64,000 nucleotides of DNA from Alphaproteobacteria bacterium (GTDB lineage: Bacteria; Pseudomonadota; Alphaproteobacteria; SHVV01): positions 736,001 through 800,000 of the forward strand of contig OZ253470.1 of the NCBI GenBank assembly GCA_965261735.1, given 5' to 3'. The stretch's first letter is position 1. Each line of letters begins with the position of its first letter. The position numbers were made by a program, and so were the translations under genes. Shown here one piece after another: positions 46,279 through 57,478 of the stretch. The notes beneath the pieces were generated by a model. It ran no database searches and had not been told where the DNA came from. It was given only the letters and a program-made list of their open reading frames with translations.

Positions 46279-47514
46279 ATGCTGGACGGCAAACGGATCC
46301 TGCTGATCGTTTCGGGCGGGATCGCGGCCTACAAGGGGCTCGACCTCATCCGCCGGCTGCGCGAGCGCGGTGCCGCGGTGCGCTGCGTGCTCACCCGCGC
46401 AGGCGCCGAGTTCGTCACGCCGCTGTCGCTCGCGGCGCTCAGCGGCGACAAGGTCTACGGCGATCTGTTCTCGCTCACGGACGAGAGCGAGATGGGCCAC
46501 ATCCGGCTATCGCGCGAGGCGGACCTCGTCGTCGTCGCGCCGGCCACCGCGAATATCATCGCCAAGATGGCCGCCGGCATCGCCGACGATCTCGCGTCCA
46601 CCACCCTGCTGGCTGCCGACAAGCGCGTGTTGATCGCGCCCGCGATGAACGTGCGCATGTGGGAGCACCCGGCGACGCGGCGCAACCTCGCGAAGCTCGC
46701 GGCCGACGGCGTGCTCGCTTGCGGTCCAGCCACGGGCGCGCTCGCCGACGGCGAGTTCGGCGCCGGGCGCCTGGCCGAGATCGACGACATCATCGACGCC
46801 ATCGAGGCGGCGCTCGGCGCGCAGCCCGCGGCACGCGCGCTCAGCGGGCGCCGGGCGCTCGTCACCTCGGGCCCGACGCTCGAGGCGATCGACCCCGTGC
46901 GCTTCATCTCCAACCGTTCCTCGGGCAAGCAGGGCCACGCCATCGCCGCCGCGCTCGCCCGCCACGGCGCCGAGACGACGCTTGTAGCCGGGCCGACCAG
47001 CGAGCCCGAGCCCGAGGGCGTCGGCGTGAGGGCGGTCGAATCGGCGGCGCAGATGCTCGAGGCCTGCCTGGAGGCGCTGCCCGTCGATGTAGCGGTGTGC
47101 GCCGCCGCGGTCGCCGACTGGCGCGTCGATGCCCGTAACGCCAAGCTCAAGAAGACCGGCAACGGCGCACCCAAGCTCGCGCTCGTCGAGAACCCCGACA
47201 TCCTCGCCACCTTGAGTCGGCGCACGAACGACCGCCCGCGCCTCATGGTCGGCTTTGCCGCCGAGACCGAGGACCTGGTCGAGAACGCGCGCGCCAAGCG
47301 GCTGCGCAAGGGCTGCGATTGGATTCTGGCCAACGACGTCTCGCACGACAGCTCGGTCTTCGGCAGCGACGACAACGAGGTGCACTTCATCGCCCAGAGT
47401 GCGAGCGAGGCTTGGGCGAGGATGAGCAAGCCCGCGCTCGCCGAGAAGCTGGCCCTGCGGATCGGTGAGTTCTTCGCCGGCGCGCCGGGGCCCGGCCCGG
47501 CCGAGCCCGGTTAG
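46279..47514 (+). CDS. coaBC: Phosphopantothenoylcysteine decarboxylase/synthase
   Basis: GGIAAYK, APATAN, APAMN, DPVRFISNRSSGKQG, GFAAET. Confidence 0.96.
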   Translation: MLDGKRILLIVSGGIAAYKGLDLIRRLRERGAAVRCVLTRAGAEFVTPLSLAALSGDKVYGDLFSLTDESEMGHIRLSREADLVVVAPATANIIAKMAAGIADDLASTTLLAADKRVLIAPAMNVRMWEHPATRRNLAKLAADGVLACGPATGALADGEFGAGRLAEIDDIIDAIEAALGAQPAARALSGRRALVTSGPTLEAIDPVRFISNRSSGKQGHAIAAALARHGAETTLVAGPTSEPEPEGVGVRAVESAAQMLEACLEALPVDVAVCAAAVADWRVDARNAKLKKTGNGAPKLALVENPDILATLSRRTNDRPRLMVGFAAETEDLVENARAKRLRKGCDWILANDVSHDSSVFGSDDNEVHFIAQSASEAWARMSKPALAEKLALRIGEFFAGAPGPGPAEPG

Positions 47515-47550
47515 TCCTTGGTGGCAAAGACTAAAGTGACTCATTACTCG

Positions 47551-47684
47551 GCCCCCTCCCCCTACCCCCTCCCACCAAGGGAGGGGGACTCATGGCGCGA
47601 TGTCCAGTTCCTGACCCTCCCCCCTGATGGGGGAGGGTTGGGTGAGGATGACACCCGGACCTACACAAGCCGGACCTACACAAG
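47551..47684 (+). repeat. Double-hairpin palindromic repeat element, copy C, with a 15-bp tandem duplication at its tail
   Basis: Matches copy A, including spacer ATGGCGCGATGTC; CCGGACCTACACAAG repeated at 47655-47669 and 47670-47684. Confidence 0.85.
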
Positions 47685-47698
47685 TAAGTACTAGCGCC

Positions 47699-48154
47699 AT
47701 GCTTCAGCCCCCGAAAAAGCTTCTCTTTGCGCTCGAGGCGGTGGTCGACATCGCCTATCAGGCCGGCCCCGATCCGGTGCAGAGCCGCGAGATCACCGAG
47801 CGCCAGGGCATCCCTCAGCGCTACCTCGAGCAGGTCATGCAGCGGCTGGTGCGGGCTCAGATTCTCAAGGGAACGCGCGGCCCGCGCGGCGGCTATCGGC
47901 TGGCGCGCGAGCGCCGGCGCATCAGCGTCGGCGAGATCGCCCGCGTGGTCGCGGCCCTCGACAATAACGGGGACGAGGCCGGCGACGGCGACGGCTCGCC
48001 GCTGGGGCGCGCCTCGGTGCGGCCGATGTGGCAGGAGCTGCAGAGCGACCTGATGGCCAGGCTCGACGGCATTTCGATCGAGGATCTGTGCCGGCGCGCG
48101 CACGAGCAGGGCATCGCCAGGGAAGCCGGCCGCCGACTCGATTTCAACATCTGA
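47699..48154 (+). CDS. Rrf2 family transcriptional regulator
   Basis: [27 protein letters not shown]; C-terminal DFNI (CysK-binding-like tail). Confidence 0.9.
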   Translation: MLQPPKKLLFALEAVVDIAYQAGPDPVQSREITERQGIPQRYLEQVMQRLVRAQILKGTRGPRGGYRLARERRRISVGEIARVVAALDNNGDEAGDGDGSPLGRASVRPMWQELQSDLMARLDGISIEDLCRRAHEQGIAREAGRRLDFNI

Positions 48155-48188
48155 TCCGGACCCACCACAGGAAAGTACCTATCCGGCC

Positions 48189-49172
48189 ATGCCCTCGTCC
48201 GTCTCCCCCCTGCCGCTCGCCGATGCGGCCGCGCCGCGCGAGCGCATCCATGACAGCATCGTCGAGACCATCGGCAACACGCCGCTGGTGCGCGTCGGCA
48301 AATTGGCGCAGGCCGCCGGCGCGGTCGCGGAAGTCCTCGCCAAGCTCGAGTTCTTCAACCCGCTCGGGTCGGTCAAGGACCGCATCGGCCTGGCCATGAT
48401 CGAGGCCGCCGAGGCCGAGGGCCGCATGCGCCCGGGCACCGTCATCGTCGAACCGACCTCGGGCAATACGGGAATCGCGCTCGCCTTCGTGTGCGCGGCC
48501 AAGGGCTACCAGCTGGTGCTCTTCATGCCCGACAGCATGTCGATGGAGCGGCGCAAGATGCTGCGCCTGCTCGGGGCCGAGCTGCGCCTGACGGCGGCCT
48601 CCCACGGCATGCAAGGTGCCATCGCCGAGGCCGAGGCGCTGATCGCCGCCCTGCCCGATGCACTCATGCTGCAACAGTTCGACAACCCGGCCAATCCAGC
48701 GATCCACCGGACGACGACGGCCGAGGAGATTTGGCGCGACACCGGCGGCCGCCTCGATGCCATCGTGCTCGGCGTCGGTACGGGCGGTACGCTCACCGGG
48801 GTGGGCGAGGTCCTCAAGAGCCGCCTGCCCGCGCTTCGGATCATCGCGGTCGAGCCCGAGGACAGCCCCGTGCTCTCCGGCGGCATGCCGGGTCCGCACA
48901 AGATTCAAGGTATCGGCGCGGGGTTCATTCCGAACAACCTGGAGCTCAGCCTCGTCGACGAGGTGCTGACCATCGCTAACGAGACCGCGCTCGACACGGC
49001 GCGGCGCGCTGCCCGGCTCGAGGGCCTGCCCGTCGGCATCTCCTCGGGCGCGGCGCTCGCGGCGGCGCTCGAGGTCGGCTGCCGCCAGGACATGGCTGGC
49101 CAGCGCATCGTCACCGTGCTGCCCTCGTTCGCCGAACGCTACCTGTCGACGGCGCTGTTCGACGATTTGTGA
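48189..49172 (+). CDS. cysK: Cysteine synthase A
   Basis: [41 protein letters not shown]. Confidence 0.95.
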   Translation: MPSSVSPLPLADAAAPRERIHDSIVETIGNTPLVRVGKLAQAAGAVAEVLAKLEFFNPLGSVKDRIGLAMIEAAEAEGRMRPGTVIVEPTSGNTGIALAFVCAAKGYQLVLFMPDSMSMERRKMLRLLGAELRLTAASHGMQGAIAEAEALIAALPDALMLQQFDNPANPAIHRTTTAEEIWRDTGGRLDAIVLGVGTGGTLTGVGEVLKSRLPALRIIAVEPEDSPVLSGGMPGPHKIQGIGAGFIPNNLELSLVDEVLTIANETALDTARRAARLEGLPVGISSGAALAAALEVGCRQDMAGQRIVTVLPSFAERYLSTALFDDL

Positions 49173-49966
49173 TGGACTTCTCCGACGAGCAGATCGAGCG
49201 CTACGCGCGCCACATCGTGCTACCCGAGATCGGCGGAACGGGCCAGGCGCGCCTCCTGCAATCGAAGGTGCTGGTGATCGGGGCGGGCGGCCTCGGCTCG
49301 CCGCTGCTGATGTACCTCGCGGCCGCCGGGGTCGGCACGCTCGGCGTCGTCGACGACGACACCGTGAGCCTATCGAACCTGCAACGCCAGATCGCCCACA
49401 CCACGGACCGCGTGGGCGCGCCCAAGACCGAGAGCGCGCGCCGCACCGTTGCCGCGCTCAACCCCGAGGTGCGCATCGAGGCGCACCAGGAACGGCTCCA
49501 TGCCGGCAACGCGCACCGCCTCATCGCGCCCTACGATCTTGTCGCCGATGGCAGCGACAATTTCGCCACCCGCTTCCTCGTCAACGACGCCTGCTACCTC
49601 GCGCGCAAGACGCTGGTCTCGGCGGCGGTGCTACGTTTCGATGCCCAATTGTCGACCTTCAAGGCCTACCTCGGTGGCGAACATCCCTGCTATCGCTGCA
49701 TCTTTCGCGAGGCGCCGCCCGAGGGGCTGATCCCCTCCTGCGCCGAGGGCGGGGTGCTCGGCGCGCTCGTCGGCGCCGTGGGCTCGCTGCAGGCGGTCGA
49801 AGTGGTCAAGGAGCTGCTCGGCATCGGCGAGGGCCTGTCGGGCCGGCTCATCGTCTATGACGGCCTCGCCGGTACCTTCCGCAAGGTCCGGGTGCTCCCC
49901 GATCCTGCATGCCCCCTGTGCGGCGGCGACGCCGTGATCCACGACCTGTCGGCACACGCGGCGTAG
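49172..49966 (+). CDS. moeB: MoeB/ThiF family adenylyltransferase
   Basis: RYARHI, GAGGLG, SNLQRQ, PCYRC, CPLC. Confidence 0.9.
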   Translation: MDFSDEQIERYARHIVLPEIGGTGQARLLQSKVLVIGAGGLGSPLLMYLAAAGVGTLGVVDDDTVSLSNLQRQIAHTTDRVGAPKTESARRTVAALNPEVRIEAHQERLHAGNAHRLIAPYDLVADGSDNFATRFLVNDACYLARKTLVSAAVLRFDAQLSTFKAYLGGEHPCYRCIFREAPPEGLIPSCAEGGVLGALVGAVGSLQAVEVVKELLGIGEGLSGRLIVYDGLAGTFRKVRVLPDPACPLCGGDAVIHDLSAHAA

Positions 49967-50067
49967 GAGCCCATGAGAGTGGCCGCTGGGCTACTAGATG
50001 TTGTAGCGGCGGGCTCATCGGGCGATACATCTTGACCACGAGCGACGCTGGCGTCATAACGGGCGGC

Positions 50068-50601
50068 ATGGTGGATCATCGCGGCCTGGAGCGGCCCGCT
50101 CGACCGGCAGGGTTGCGCGGGCCGCTCGGCGCGGCTGTTGCCGGCGTGTTCGCCCTGGCCCTTCTCGCCCCGCAATGCGCCGCCGCCGCAACGGACCTGC
50201 CGACCCCGCGCTTCGTCTCCCTGCGCGCCGACAAGGTGAACGTGCGCACCGGTCCCGGTGTGCGCTATCCGATCGTGTGGGTGTTCCAGCGCCGCGGCCA
50301 GCCGGTCGAGGTCACCGCGGAATACGACCTGTGGCGCCGTATTCGCGACGTCGATGGCGCCTTCGGCTGGGTGCACACGAGCCTCCTCTCGGGCGAGCGC
50401 TCGGTCGTGGTCGCCGGATTGAGCACGCTGTACCGCCGGCCCGATGAGGGCTCGGTGCCAGTCGCCCGCGCCGAGCCTGGGGTCCTGGGGCGCGTGCTCG
50501 CCTGCTCGGGCGCCTGGTGCCGGCTCGCGCTCGGGAGCTTGCGGGGCTGGACCCGGCGGACCAACCTCTGGGGCATCTACCCGGGCGAGGAGTTCGACTA
50601 G
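50068..50601 (+). CDS. Bacterial SH3 domain protein
   Basis: PRFVSL..VNVRTGPG..WRRIRD..GWVH..LWGIYPGE. Confidence 0.88.
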   Translation: MVDHRGLERPARPAGLRGPLGAAVAGVFALALLAPQCAAAATDLPTPRFVSLRADKVNVRTGPGVRYPIVWVFQRRGQPVEVTAEYDLWRRIRDVDGAFGWVHTSLLSGERSVVVAGLSTLYRRPDEGSVPVARAEPGVLGRVLACSGAWCRLALGSLRGWTRRTNLWGIYPGEEFD

Positions 50602-50635
50602 CTTGCGCAACGGCCATGCCGCCTTCGGAGCCTGG

Positions 50636-51365
50636 ATGAAGTTCGAGAATAAAGTCGCCCTCGTCACCGGCGCGTCGAAGGGAATCGGCCGCGCCATCGC
50701 CCTGGCTTTTGCGCGAGAGGGTCACCGCCCGCTCGCATGGGGCGCTCGAAGCTCTCGCGGGCGAGATCGGTGAGATGGGCCGCGAAGCCCTGCCCATCAC
50801 CGCGGATCTCGGTATCGAAGAGGAGGTCGCGCGCATCGTGCCGGAGACCCTGGAGCGCTTCGGCAGGATCGATATCCTCGTCAACAACGCGGGCCTCATC
50901 CACGCCAGCGCCAACCTCGTCGACTTCGACCCGGCGCTGTGGAGAACGGTGATCGATGTGAACCTGATCGCCCCGGCCCTGCTGATCAAGGCCGTGCTGC
51001 CGCCGATGATCGCCAGCGGCGGCGGCACGATCATTAACATCTCGAGCATCGGCGGGCGCCGAGGGGGCGCCGGGCGGAGCGCCTACCGCGCGAGCAAGGC
51101 CGCGCTCATCAGCCTGACCGAGAGCGTGGCCGCGGAGGCTCGTCCACACGGCATCAACGCCGTCTGCATCTGCCCGGGAGGCGTGGACACCGAGGGCGTC
51201 CGCGCGGCGTTCTACGCCCACGGGCGCGCGCTCAACCCCAACCTCATGCGCCCCGAAGAGATCGCCGACGTCGCCCTGTTTCTCGCCTCCGACGCAGCGA
51301 GCGCGATCACCGGCACCGCCGTCGACGCCTTCGGCGCCACCAACCCCCTCTTCCGCGCCGGATAG
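50636..51365 (+). pseudogene. SDR family oxidoreductase, frameshifting deletion near 50720
   Basis: MKFENKVALVTGASKGIGRAIALAFAREG, then VTARS..NNAG..YRASK in another frame. Confidence 0.8.
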
Positions 51366-51470
51366 GGCCGTCGCCTCTGGCGCCCGGCGAACGAGTGACG
51401 CATGGCGTGTTGCGCCGGGCGGCGACCCTGCCCTTCGAGGACCCGTCGCCGCTCGAGGAGAACCTCGACC

Positions 51471-52575
51471 CTTGCCTATCCGGTTTACACCCACACCCAC
51501 TAGGGCTAGAATGGGCGCAACCCGGATATAGGGGAGCGCGCCATGGATGTTCTCGACCGCGCCGATCTCCCATTCCCGCATTCGCTACCCGAGTTCCAGC
51601 GACTTTTCCCCGATGATGCGGCCTGCGCCACCTACCTGGAGAAAGCCCGCTGGGGAGACGGCTTTGCCTGCCCGCACTGCGGCACGGCGGGAGAGCCGTT
51701 CCACTTTGAAAACCGCCCTGGCGTCCTGCGCTACCGCAAGTGCCGCCAGAACACCGGGCTGACGGTGGGAACAGTGATGGAGCGTAGCCACACTCCGCTG
51801 AACGTCTGGTTCTGGGCCGCTTATCTGGTCGCCAGTCAGACGCCCGGCATGTCCGCCGTGCAGTTTCAGCGGCAACTTGGTCTTTCGCGCTACGAGACGG
51901 CCTTTCAAATTCTCCACAAGCTCCGCTCGGGCATGGTGCGGCCCAACCAAGACAGGATCGGTGGACAGCCCAAGAACCATGTTGAGGTGGACGAAACCTG
52001 GGTTGGCGGGCGAACGCGTGGGGAAGGCCGTGGTGTTCACCACAAGGTTCCCGTCTCCTGTGCCATCGAGGTGCGTCATCGAAAGCCGGGCACCAAGCTC
52101 GACAACCGGAAAGACGGACGCTATGCCGGACGCGTTCGGCTCGCCGTCGTGCTCGACCGTAGCGCCGAGTCGCTCTGTGGGTTCGTCGAGAGCACCGTCG
52201 CGCCGCGATCGCTGATCGTTACTGACGATTGGAGCGGCTATGCTGGCCTCGGTAAGCGCGGCTATGAGCACTTCGCTGTTGCCGAGTGTGGTGATCCAGA
52301 GGTTGCCGAGCAATACCTGCCGATCATCCATCTGGTTTTCGCCAACCTGAAGACGTGGCTGATCGGTATCCACCACGGCGTTAGCCACCAGCACCTACAA
52401 GCCTACCTCAACGAGTTCACCTTCCGCTTCAACAGGCGGTTCTACCCGTTCAACGCCTTCCGCTCATTGCTCGGCATCGCGGGCGACACCTCTGCTCCAA
52501 CCTATGCCGAGCTTTACTCGGGAGAGTGGTGGCACCCTACATGTAGCGGTCATGGGCGTTAACCGGATAGGCAAG
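51471..52575 (+). mobile_element. IS1595-family insertion sequence (ISSod11-like ends)
   Basis: TIRs CTTGCCTATCCGGTTTACACCCA (51471-51493) and TGGGCGTTAACCGGATAGGCAAG (52553-52575), 21/23 match; no target duplication. Confidence 0.9.
51543..52562 (+). CDS. IS1595-family transposase
   Basis: CPHC ribbon, VEVDETWVGG, TDDWSGY, YLNEFTFRFNRR. Confidence 0.92.
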   Translation: MDVLDRADLPFPHSLPEFQRLFPDDAACATYLEKARWGDGFACPHCGTAGEPFHFENRPGVLRYRKCRQNTGLTVGTVMERSHTPLNVWFWAAYLVASQTPGMSAVQFQRQLGLSRYETAFQILHKLRSGMVRPNQDRIGGQPKNHVEVDETWVGGRTRGEGRGVHHKVPVSCAIEVRHRKPGTKLDNRKDGRYAGRVRLAVVLDRSAESLCGFVESTVAPRSLIVTDDWSGYAGLGKRGYEHFAVAECGDPEVAEQYLPIIHLVFANLKTWLIGIHHGVSHQHLQAYLNEFTFRFNRRFYPFNAFRSLLGIAGDTSAPTYAELYSGEWWHPTCSGHGR

Positions 52576-52932
52576 AACGAACGCCTTCGCGAGGAAGGAG
52601 ATGAGCAGCAGGTGATTCTCGTGATCCAGGAAGGACGGGTGCGGATCGAACGAAGCAATGGCGGGAGCATCGCCCGAATCACCACTCTAGGGCCGAACGA
52701 GGTCGCTGGCGAAATGTCCTTTGTTCAGGCAAAGAGTGCGAGCGCCTCGGTCGTCGCCGAAACCGACGTGACGGCCGTCGTGATCCAAGCGCCGGACGTT
52801 TACGCGCTATTGGCATCCGACCCTGGGTTTGCGACCCGCTTCTACCTCTGTCTGGCGCGAACGCTAGCGGCCCGCCTGGAGAGCACCACGGCGGGGTTGA
52901 TCGATTCGGCGGCAAGCGCCAACGCTCGCTGA
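52576..52932 (+). pseudogene. Cyclic-nucleotide-binding domain protein, 5' end lost at the IS1595 junction
   Basis: EEGD..VIQEGRVRI..LGPNEVAGEMSFV..ASASVVA. Confidence 0.75.
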
Positions 52933-52953
52933 ACCACACAGCGAGCGCGCGAC

Positions 52954-53547
52954 TCAATCCAGATCGGCGGCGAGGGCGGCGCGCACGCGCTCGGGAATGA
53001 TGGCCATGTGGGCGTAGGCGGCGTGGCGGATGGCCAGCGTCACCTGCGCGCCAGGTGCGCGAAAAGCGTCGGCCTGAGCGTCGTCGAGGGGAAAGCGCAG
53101 GAAATGCACCGCGGAGGCCTTGCCCGCCTCGTTGGTGCGGGCCGTGTCGCCCTCGGGAACGGCGGCGAGGGTCCTGCCGGCGAACTCCAAGCGCACGGAG
53201 TGCTCGACGCCGCCGAGGCCAGCGAGGAGGCGGGACCTGCGCGCCGGCTCCTCGATCTCGAACATCAGGGCGGTTACCAATTCCCGACCCTTGGGAATAA
53301 GCGGATTGTAGGCCGCGAGCTCGCCCTCGATCTGGGCCTCGCCACCCTTCTCGATGTAGAGCATCTCGTGGACCTGGTGCCACATGGTTTCGTAGTTCTC
53401 GAAATAGAAGGTGGCGAACGGGCCGACTTCGACACGGCGGTCGCGCTTGAGGGCCGCTACCGCGCGCCGCCTCTCCTTACGGATTCGCGCGTATTCCTCG
53501 CTCGGCAGGATGTCGGCCCGCGTCAGCTCGCGCGCGGCGGCGCTCAT
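52954..53547 (-). CDS. DUF3501 family protein
   Basis: FENYETMWHQVHEMLYIEKG..AYNPLIP..SAVHFLRF. Confidence 0.9.
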   Translation of the reverse strand: MSAAARELTRADILPSEEYARIRKERRRAVAALKRDRRVEVGPFATFYFENYETMWHQVHEMLYIEKGGEAQIEGELAAYNPLIPKGRELVTALMFEIEEPARRSRLLAGLGGVEHSVRLEFAGRTLAAVPEGDTARTNEAGKASAVHFLRFPLDDAQADAFRAPGAQVTLAIRHAAYAHMAIIPERVRAALAADLD

Positions 53548-53550
53548 GCG

Positions 53551-54903
53551 CTAGACGCTGATCCCATAGGCTCGGGCGAACAGCTCGATGGGATGGTGGG
53601 AGCGCCCGGGGACCGCTGAGCCGTCGCCGAGGCGCTCCATGCCCTGGCGGATGTGCTCGGCCGCAAGCGGACACTCCGACGCGAGAAAGGCGGCGCCGCC
53701 CTCGGCTGCACTGCGGGCCACGGGCTTTCCGACCTTGAGAGCCGTATCGAAATTGTCCTTCATCACGCCCCACGATCCGCCATGCCCCGAGCAGCGCTCG
53801 ATCGTCTTGACCTCGGTGTCGGGAATGAGGCGCAGCAGGTCGGCGCCCTTGGGTCCCATGTTCTGGGCGCGTGCATGGCAGGCGAGATGGACGGCGACGC
53901 TGCCGGGCAACGCGGACAACCCATCCGCCAGGCCCTCTTTACGAGCGATGTCGACCACATACTCGGTGACATCGTGCGTCGACTGCGACAGCCGTCGCAC
54001 GGCGGCATCGTCGGGCAGGATCAGCGGCCACTCGAACTTGATCATCAGGGCGCACGAGGGCACCAGCGCGATGACTTCGTAGCCCTTATCGAGCCAGGGC
54101 TCGAGCGTGGCCGTGATGTCCCGGGCGCGCGCCTCGACCTCGGCAAGAGCGCCCCGCTCGAGCTGCGGCATGCCGCAGCAGGTGGGGTAGACGACCTCGG
54201 TCTCGACGCCGTTTCGCGCCAACACGGCGCGGGCGGCCGCGCCGATGCCTGGGTTGTTGTAGTTGACGAAGCAGGTCGCGTAGAGGACGGCTTTGCGGCC
54301 GGCCGCCGGCGCCTCGCGGTTGACCTCGGGCGCGGCCTGGCCCGCGGCCCGCACGAAGGTCTTGCGGTGAAACTTGGGCAGCGCCGCCTCGCGGTGAACG
54401 CCGGTGATGCCTTCGAGGATCGGGCGCGTGATCCGGTTCCTGGCGTCGCTCGCCCAATTCGCCAACGGCGCCACGGCGCCTGCCAGAGTGCCGTTGCGGT
54501 CGGTCCGCGCGAGCTGGCCCTGCCAGAAGCCAGCCTTGCCGGCTCGCTCCTCCGCGGCACGCGCGCGCAGCATCAGGTGCGGGAAATCGAGGTTGAACTC
54601 GTGCGGAGGGACGTAGGGGCACTTCGTCATGAAGCACATGTCGCACAGCGTGCAGGCATCGACCACCGGTTTGAACCCGGCGCTCGCCACCGAATCGAGC
54701 TCGCCTGTTTCGGACTCGTCGATCAGGTCGAACAGCCGCGGGAACGAATCGCAGAGATTGAAGCAGCGGCGGCACCCATGACAGATGTCGAAAACCCGCC
54801 CCATTTCGGCGTCGATCTTGGCGGCATCGAAAAAGTCAGGATCGCGCCAGGCCAACGCGTGGCGTATCGGCGCCTCGGTGCTGCCTTCCTTGACCGTGAC
54901 CAT
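53551..54903 (-). CDS. Fe-S oxidoreductase (GlpC/heterodisulfide-reductase-like, CCG domains)
   Basis: CHGCRRCFNLC, CTLCDMC..CP, TCCGMP, CSGHGG. Confidence 0.9.
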   Translation of the reverse strand: MVTVKEGSTEAPIRHALAWRDPDFFDAAKIDAEMGRVFDICHGCRRCFNLCDSFPRLFDLIDESETGELDSVASAGFKPVVDACTLCDMCFMTKCPYVPPHEFNLDFPHLMLRARAAEERAGKAGFWQGQLARTDRNGTLAGAVAPLANWASDARNRITRPILEGITGVHREAALPKFHRKTFVRAAGQAAPEVNREAPAAGRKAVLYATCFVNYNNPGIGAAARAVLARNGVETEVVYPTCCGMPQLERGALAEVEARARDITATLEPWLDKGYEVIALVPSCALMIKFEWPLILPDDAAVRRLSQSTHDVTEYVVDIARKEGLADGLSALPGSVAVHLACHARAQNMGPKGADLLRLIPDTEVKTIERCSGHGGSWGVMKDNFDTALKVGKPVARSAAEGGAAFLASECPLAAEHIRQGMERLGDGSAVPGRSHHPIELFARAYGISV

Positions 54904-54986
54904 CGCGGCCCCTTTGGTGGGAGAATGCGAGGAGGGCCCGGACCGGGCCCTCCTCCATTGCGTAACGGCGCCCCGGGAGGCGTTGC

Positions 54987-55406
54987 CTAGTCGAGCGTGT
55001 CGAGCGCCTTCTGGAAGCGCCCCGCATGCGACTTCTCGGCCTTGGCGAGCGTTTCGAACCAATCGGCGATCTCGTCGAAACCCTCTTCCCGCGCGGTCCG
55101 CGCCATGCCCGGATACATGTCGGTGTATTCGTGGGTCTCGCCGGCAATGGACGCCTTCAGATTGTCGCCGGTGGCGCCGATCTTCACGCCCGTCGCCGGG
55201 TCGCCGGTCTCCTCCAGGTATTCGAGGTGGCCGTGGGCGTGGCCCGTCTCGCCCTCGGCCGTTGACCGAAACACGGTCGAGACGTCGTTGTAGCCCTCGA
55301 CGTCCGCCTTCTGGGCGAAATAGAGATAACGCCGGTTGGCTTGCGACTCGCCGGCGAACGCATCCTTCAGGTTTTGCTCGGTCTTAGTCCCCTTAAGAGA
55401 CGGCAT
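54987..55406 (-). CDS. Rubrerythrin (no rubredoxin domain)
   Basis: [34 protein letters not shown]. Confidence 0.95.
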   Translation of the reverse strand: MPSLKGTKTEQNLKDAFAGESQANRRYLYFAQKADVEGYNDVSTVFRSTAEGETGHAHGHLEYLEETGDPATGVKIGATGDNLKASIAGETHEYTDMYPGMARTAREEGFDEIADWFETLAKAEKSHAGRFQKALDTLD

Positions 55407-55704
55407 TGGCTCCTCCTTGCCTGGCCGCTATTCGGCATAGGTTTTTTTTGGAAAACGCCCCAGGAAGGGGCCCCGCTCAGTCGTGAACGGCCTTGCGAAA
55501 CATCACTTTAGCACCAAATCTTTGGGAGGGCTCGGCATTCTCTGCGGTCCGGCGCGCGCTGGCGCACTTGATTCACCCGGCCGCGGGCCCAATTAGGAGC
55601 CGTTGGCGCGGAGCGGCCTCGCTCGCGCAGGCTCTTGTCCTCGGCGGCAGTTTCGATATAGTCGCCGAAGCACGAGCAGGAATCGAAAGCGGGCGACACG
55701 ACTG

Positions 55705-56235
55705 ATGCAGCATGCAGTGAAGCAACTGTTCACGAGGCAGCGCAAGGCGGCCTATAACCGCGAAGAGCTGATCGAGTGCGGGCATGGCCGCCTGTTCGGG
55801 CCCGGCAACGCGCGCTTGCCACTGCCGCCCCTGTTGATGCTGGATCGGATCATCCGCATCTCGGACACGGGTGGCGCCTATGGTAAGGGCGAGATCGTCG
55901 CTGAAATGGACATCAGCCCAGATCTCTGGTTCTTCGAATCCCACTTCAAGTCCGACCCGGTCATGCCGGGCGCCCTTGGGCTCGACGCGATGTGGCAGCT
56001 GGTCGGCTTCTTCCTCGGCTGGCTCGGCCTGCCCGGGCGCGGCCGCGCGCTCAGCACGGGCGCCGTCAAGTTCATCGGCGAGGTGCTGCCGAGCGCCAAG
56101 AAGATCACGTTCCACATCAACATCAAGAAGCTGATCAACCGCAAGCTCGCCATGGCCATCGCCGATGGCATCATGAACGTCGACGGCAAGAAGATTTGCG
56201 AAGCGCAGGACCTGCGCGTCGGCGTCTTCAACTGA
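55705..56235 (+). CDS. fabA: 3-hydroxydecanoyl-ACP dehydratase/isomerase
   Basis: [33 protein letters not shown]. Confidence 0.95.
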   Translation: MQHAVKQLFTRQRKAAYNREELIECGHGRLFGPGNARLPLPPLLMLDRIIRISDTGGAYGKGEIVAEMDISPDLWFFESHFKSDPVMPGALGLDAMWQLVGFFLGWLGLPGRGRALSTGAVKFIGEVLPSAKKITFHINIKKLINRKLAMAIADGIMNVDGKKICEAQDLRVGVFN

Positions 56236-56260
56236 GCGGCTGAGGGATCGCGCAACCCCC

Positions 56261-57478
56261 ATGCGACGCGTCGTCGTCACCGGAATGGGGATCGTTAGCT
56301 CGATCGGCAACAACACGCAGGAAGTGCTCGCGGCACTGCGCGAGGGGCGCTCGGGAATCGAGTTCTGCGAGGACTATCGCGACCATAAGTTTCGCAGCCA
56401 GATACATGGCTCGCTGAAGATCGACCTCGAATCGAGTATCGACCGCAAGGTGCGCCGCTTCATGGGCGACGGCGCCGCGTTCAACTACCTGGCGATGGAG
56501 CAGGCGATCGTCGATTCGGGCCTGGGCGAGGATCTGGTCTCCAGTGAGCGCACGGGAATCGTCGTCGGCTCGGGCGGCCCGTCGATGAAGAACGAACTCC
56601 TGGCCTGCGACCTCGCGCGCGACAAGGGCGCCAAGCGCGTCGGCCCCTACATGGTGCCGCGCTGCATGTCGAGCACCAACTCCGCCTGTCTCGCGACCCA
56701 CTTTCGCATCAAGGGCGTCAACTACTCGATCAGCTCGGCCTGCGCGACCAGCGCCCACTGCATCGGCCACGCCGCCGAACTCATCCAACTCGGCAAGCAG
56801 GACATTGTCTTCGCCGGCGGCGGCGAGGAGCTGGATTGGACGCTATCGGTCCTGTTCGACGGCATGGGAGCGATGTCCTCGCACTTCAACGACACGCCCG
56901 ACAAGGCGTCCCGCCCCTACGACAGCGACCGCGACGGATTCGTCATTTCCGGCGGCGGCGGCCTGCTGGTGATGGAGGAGCTCGAGCACGCCAAGGCGCG
57001 CGGCGCTCGGGTGCTCGCCGAACTGGTCGGCTACGGGGCGACCTCGGACGGCTACGACATGGTCCAGCCCTCGAGCGAGGGCGCGGTACGCTGCATGCGC
57101 CAGGCGCTCGCCACCGTCGAGGTTCCGGTCGACTACATCAACACCCACGGCACCAGCACGCCGATCGGCGATGAGCGCGAGATCGGTGCCATCGCCGAGG
57201 TGTTCGACGGCAACATTCCGCCGCTCGGCTCGACCAAATCGCTGACGGGCCATTCGCTGGGGGCCGCCGGCGCCCACGAGGTCATCTACGCGCTGCTGAT
57301 GATGCACAACGACTTCATCGCCGCCTCGGCCAATATCGACAATCTCGACCCGAAATTTGAGAAGGCGCCGATTGTTCGCGAGCGGCGAGACGACGTGAAG
57401 CTCAACTGCGTGATGTCCAACAGCTTCGGCTTCGGGGGCACCAACGCGGCGCTCGTTTTCAGCCGGCCCGGTGGGTGA
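56261..57478 (+). CDS. fabB: Beta-ketoacyl-ACP synthase I
   Basis: [38 protein letters not shown]. Confidence 0.95.
   Translation: MRRVVVTGMGIVSSIGNNTQEVLAALREGRSGIEFCEDYRDHKFRSQIHGSLKIDLESSIDRKVRRFMGDGAAFNYLAMEQAIVDSGLGEDLVSSERTGIVVGSGGPSMKNELLACDLARDKGAKRVGPYMVPRCMSSTNSACLATHFRIKGVNYSISSACATSAHCIGHAAELIQLGKQDIVFAGGGEELDWTLSVLFDGMGAMSSHFNDTPDKASRPYDSDRDGFVISGGGGLLVMEELEHAKARGARVLAELVGYGATSDGYDMVQPSSEGAVRCMRQALATVEVPVDYINTHGTSTPIGDEREIGAIAEVFDGNIPPLGSTKSLTGHSLGAAGAHEVIYALLMMHNDFIAASANIDNLDPKFEKAPIVRERRDDVKLNCVMSNSFGFGGTNAALVFSRPGG

Noticed and set aside
55407-55704. Irr/ICE or Fur box upstream of rubrerythrin
   Set aside because: The TTTAGCA.. and TTTGGAA.. half-sites lack the matching inverted half.
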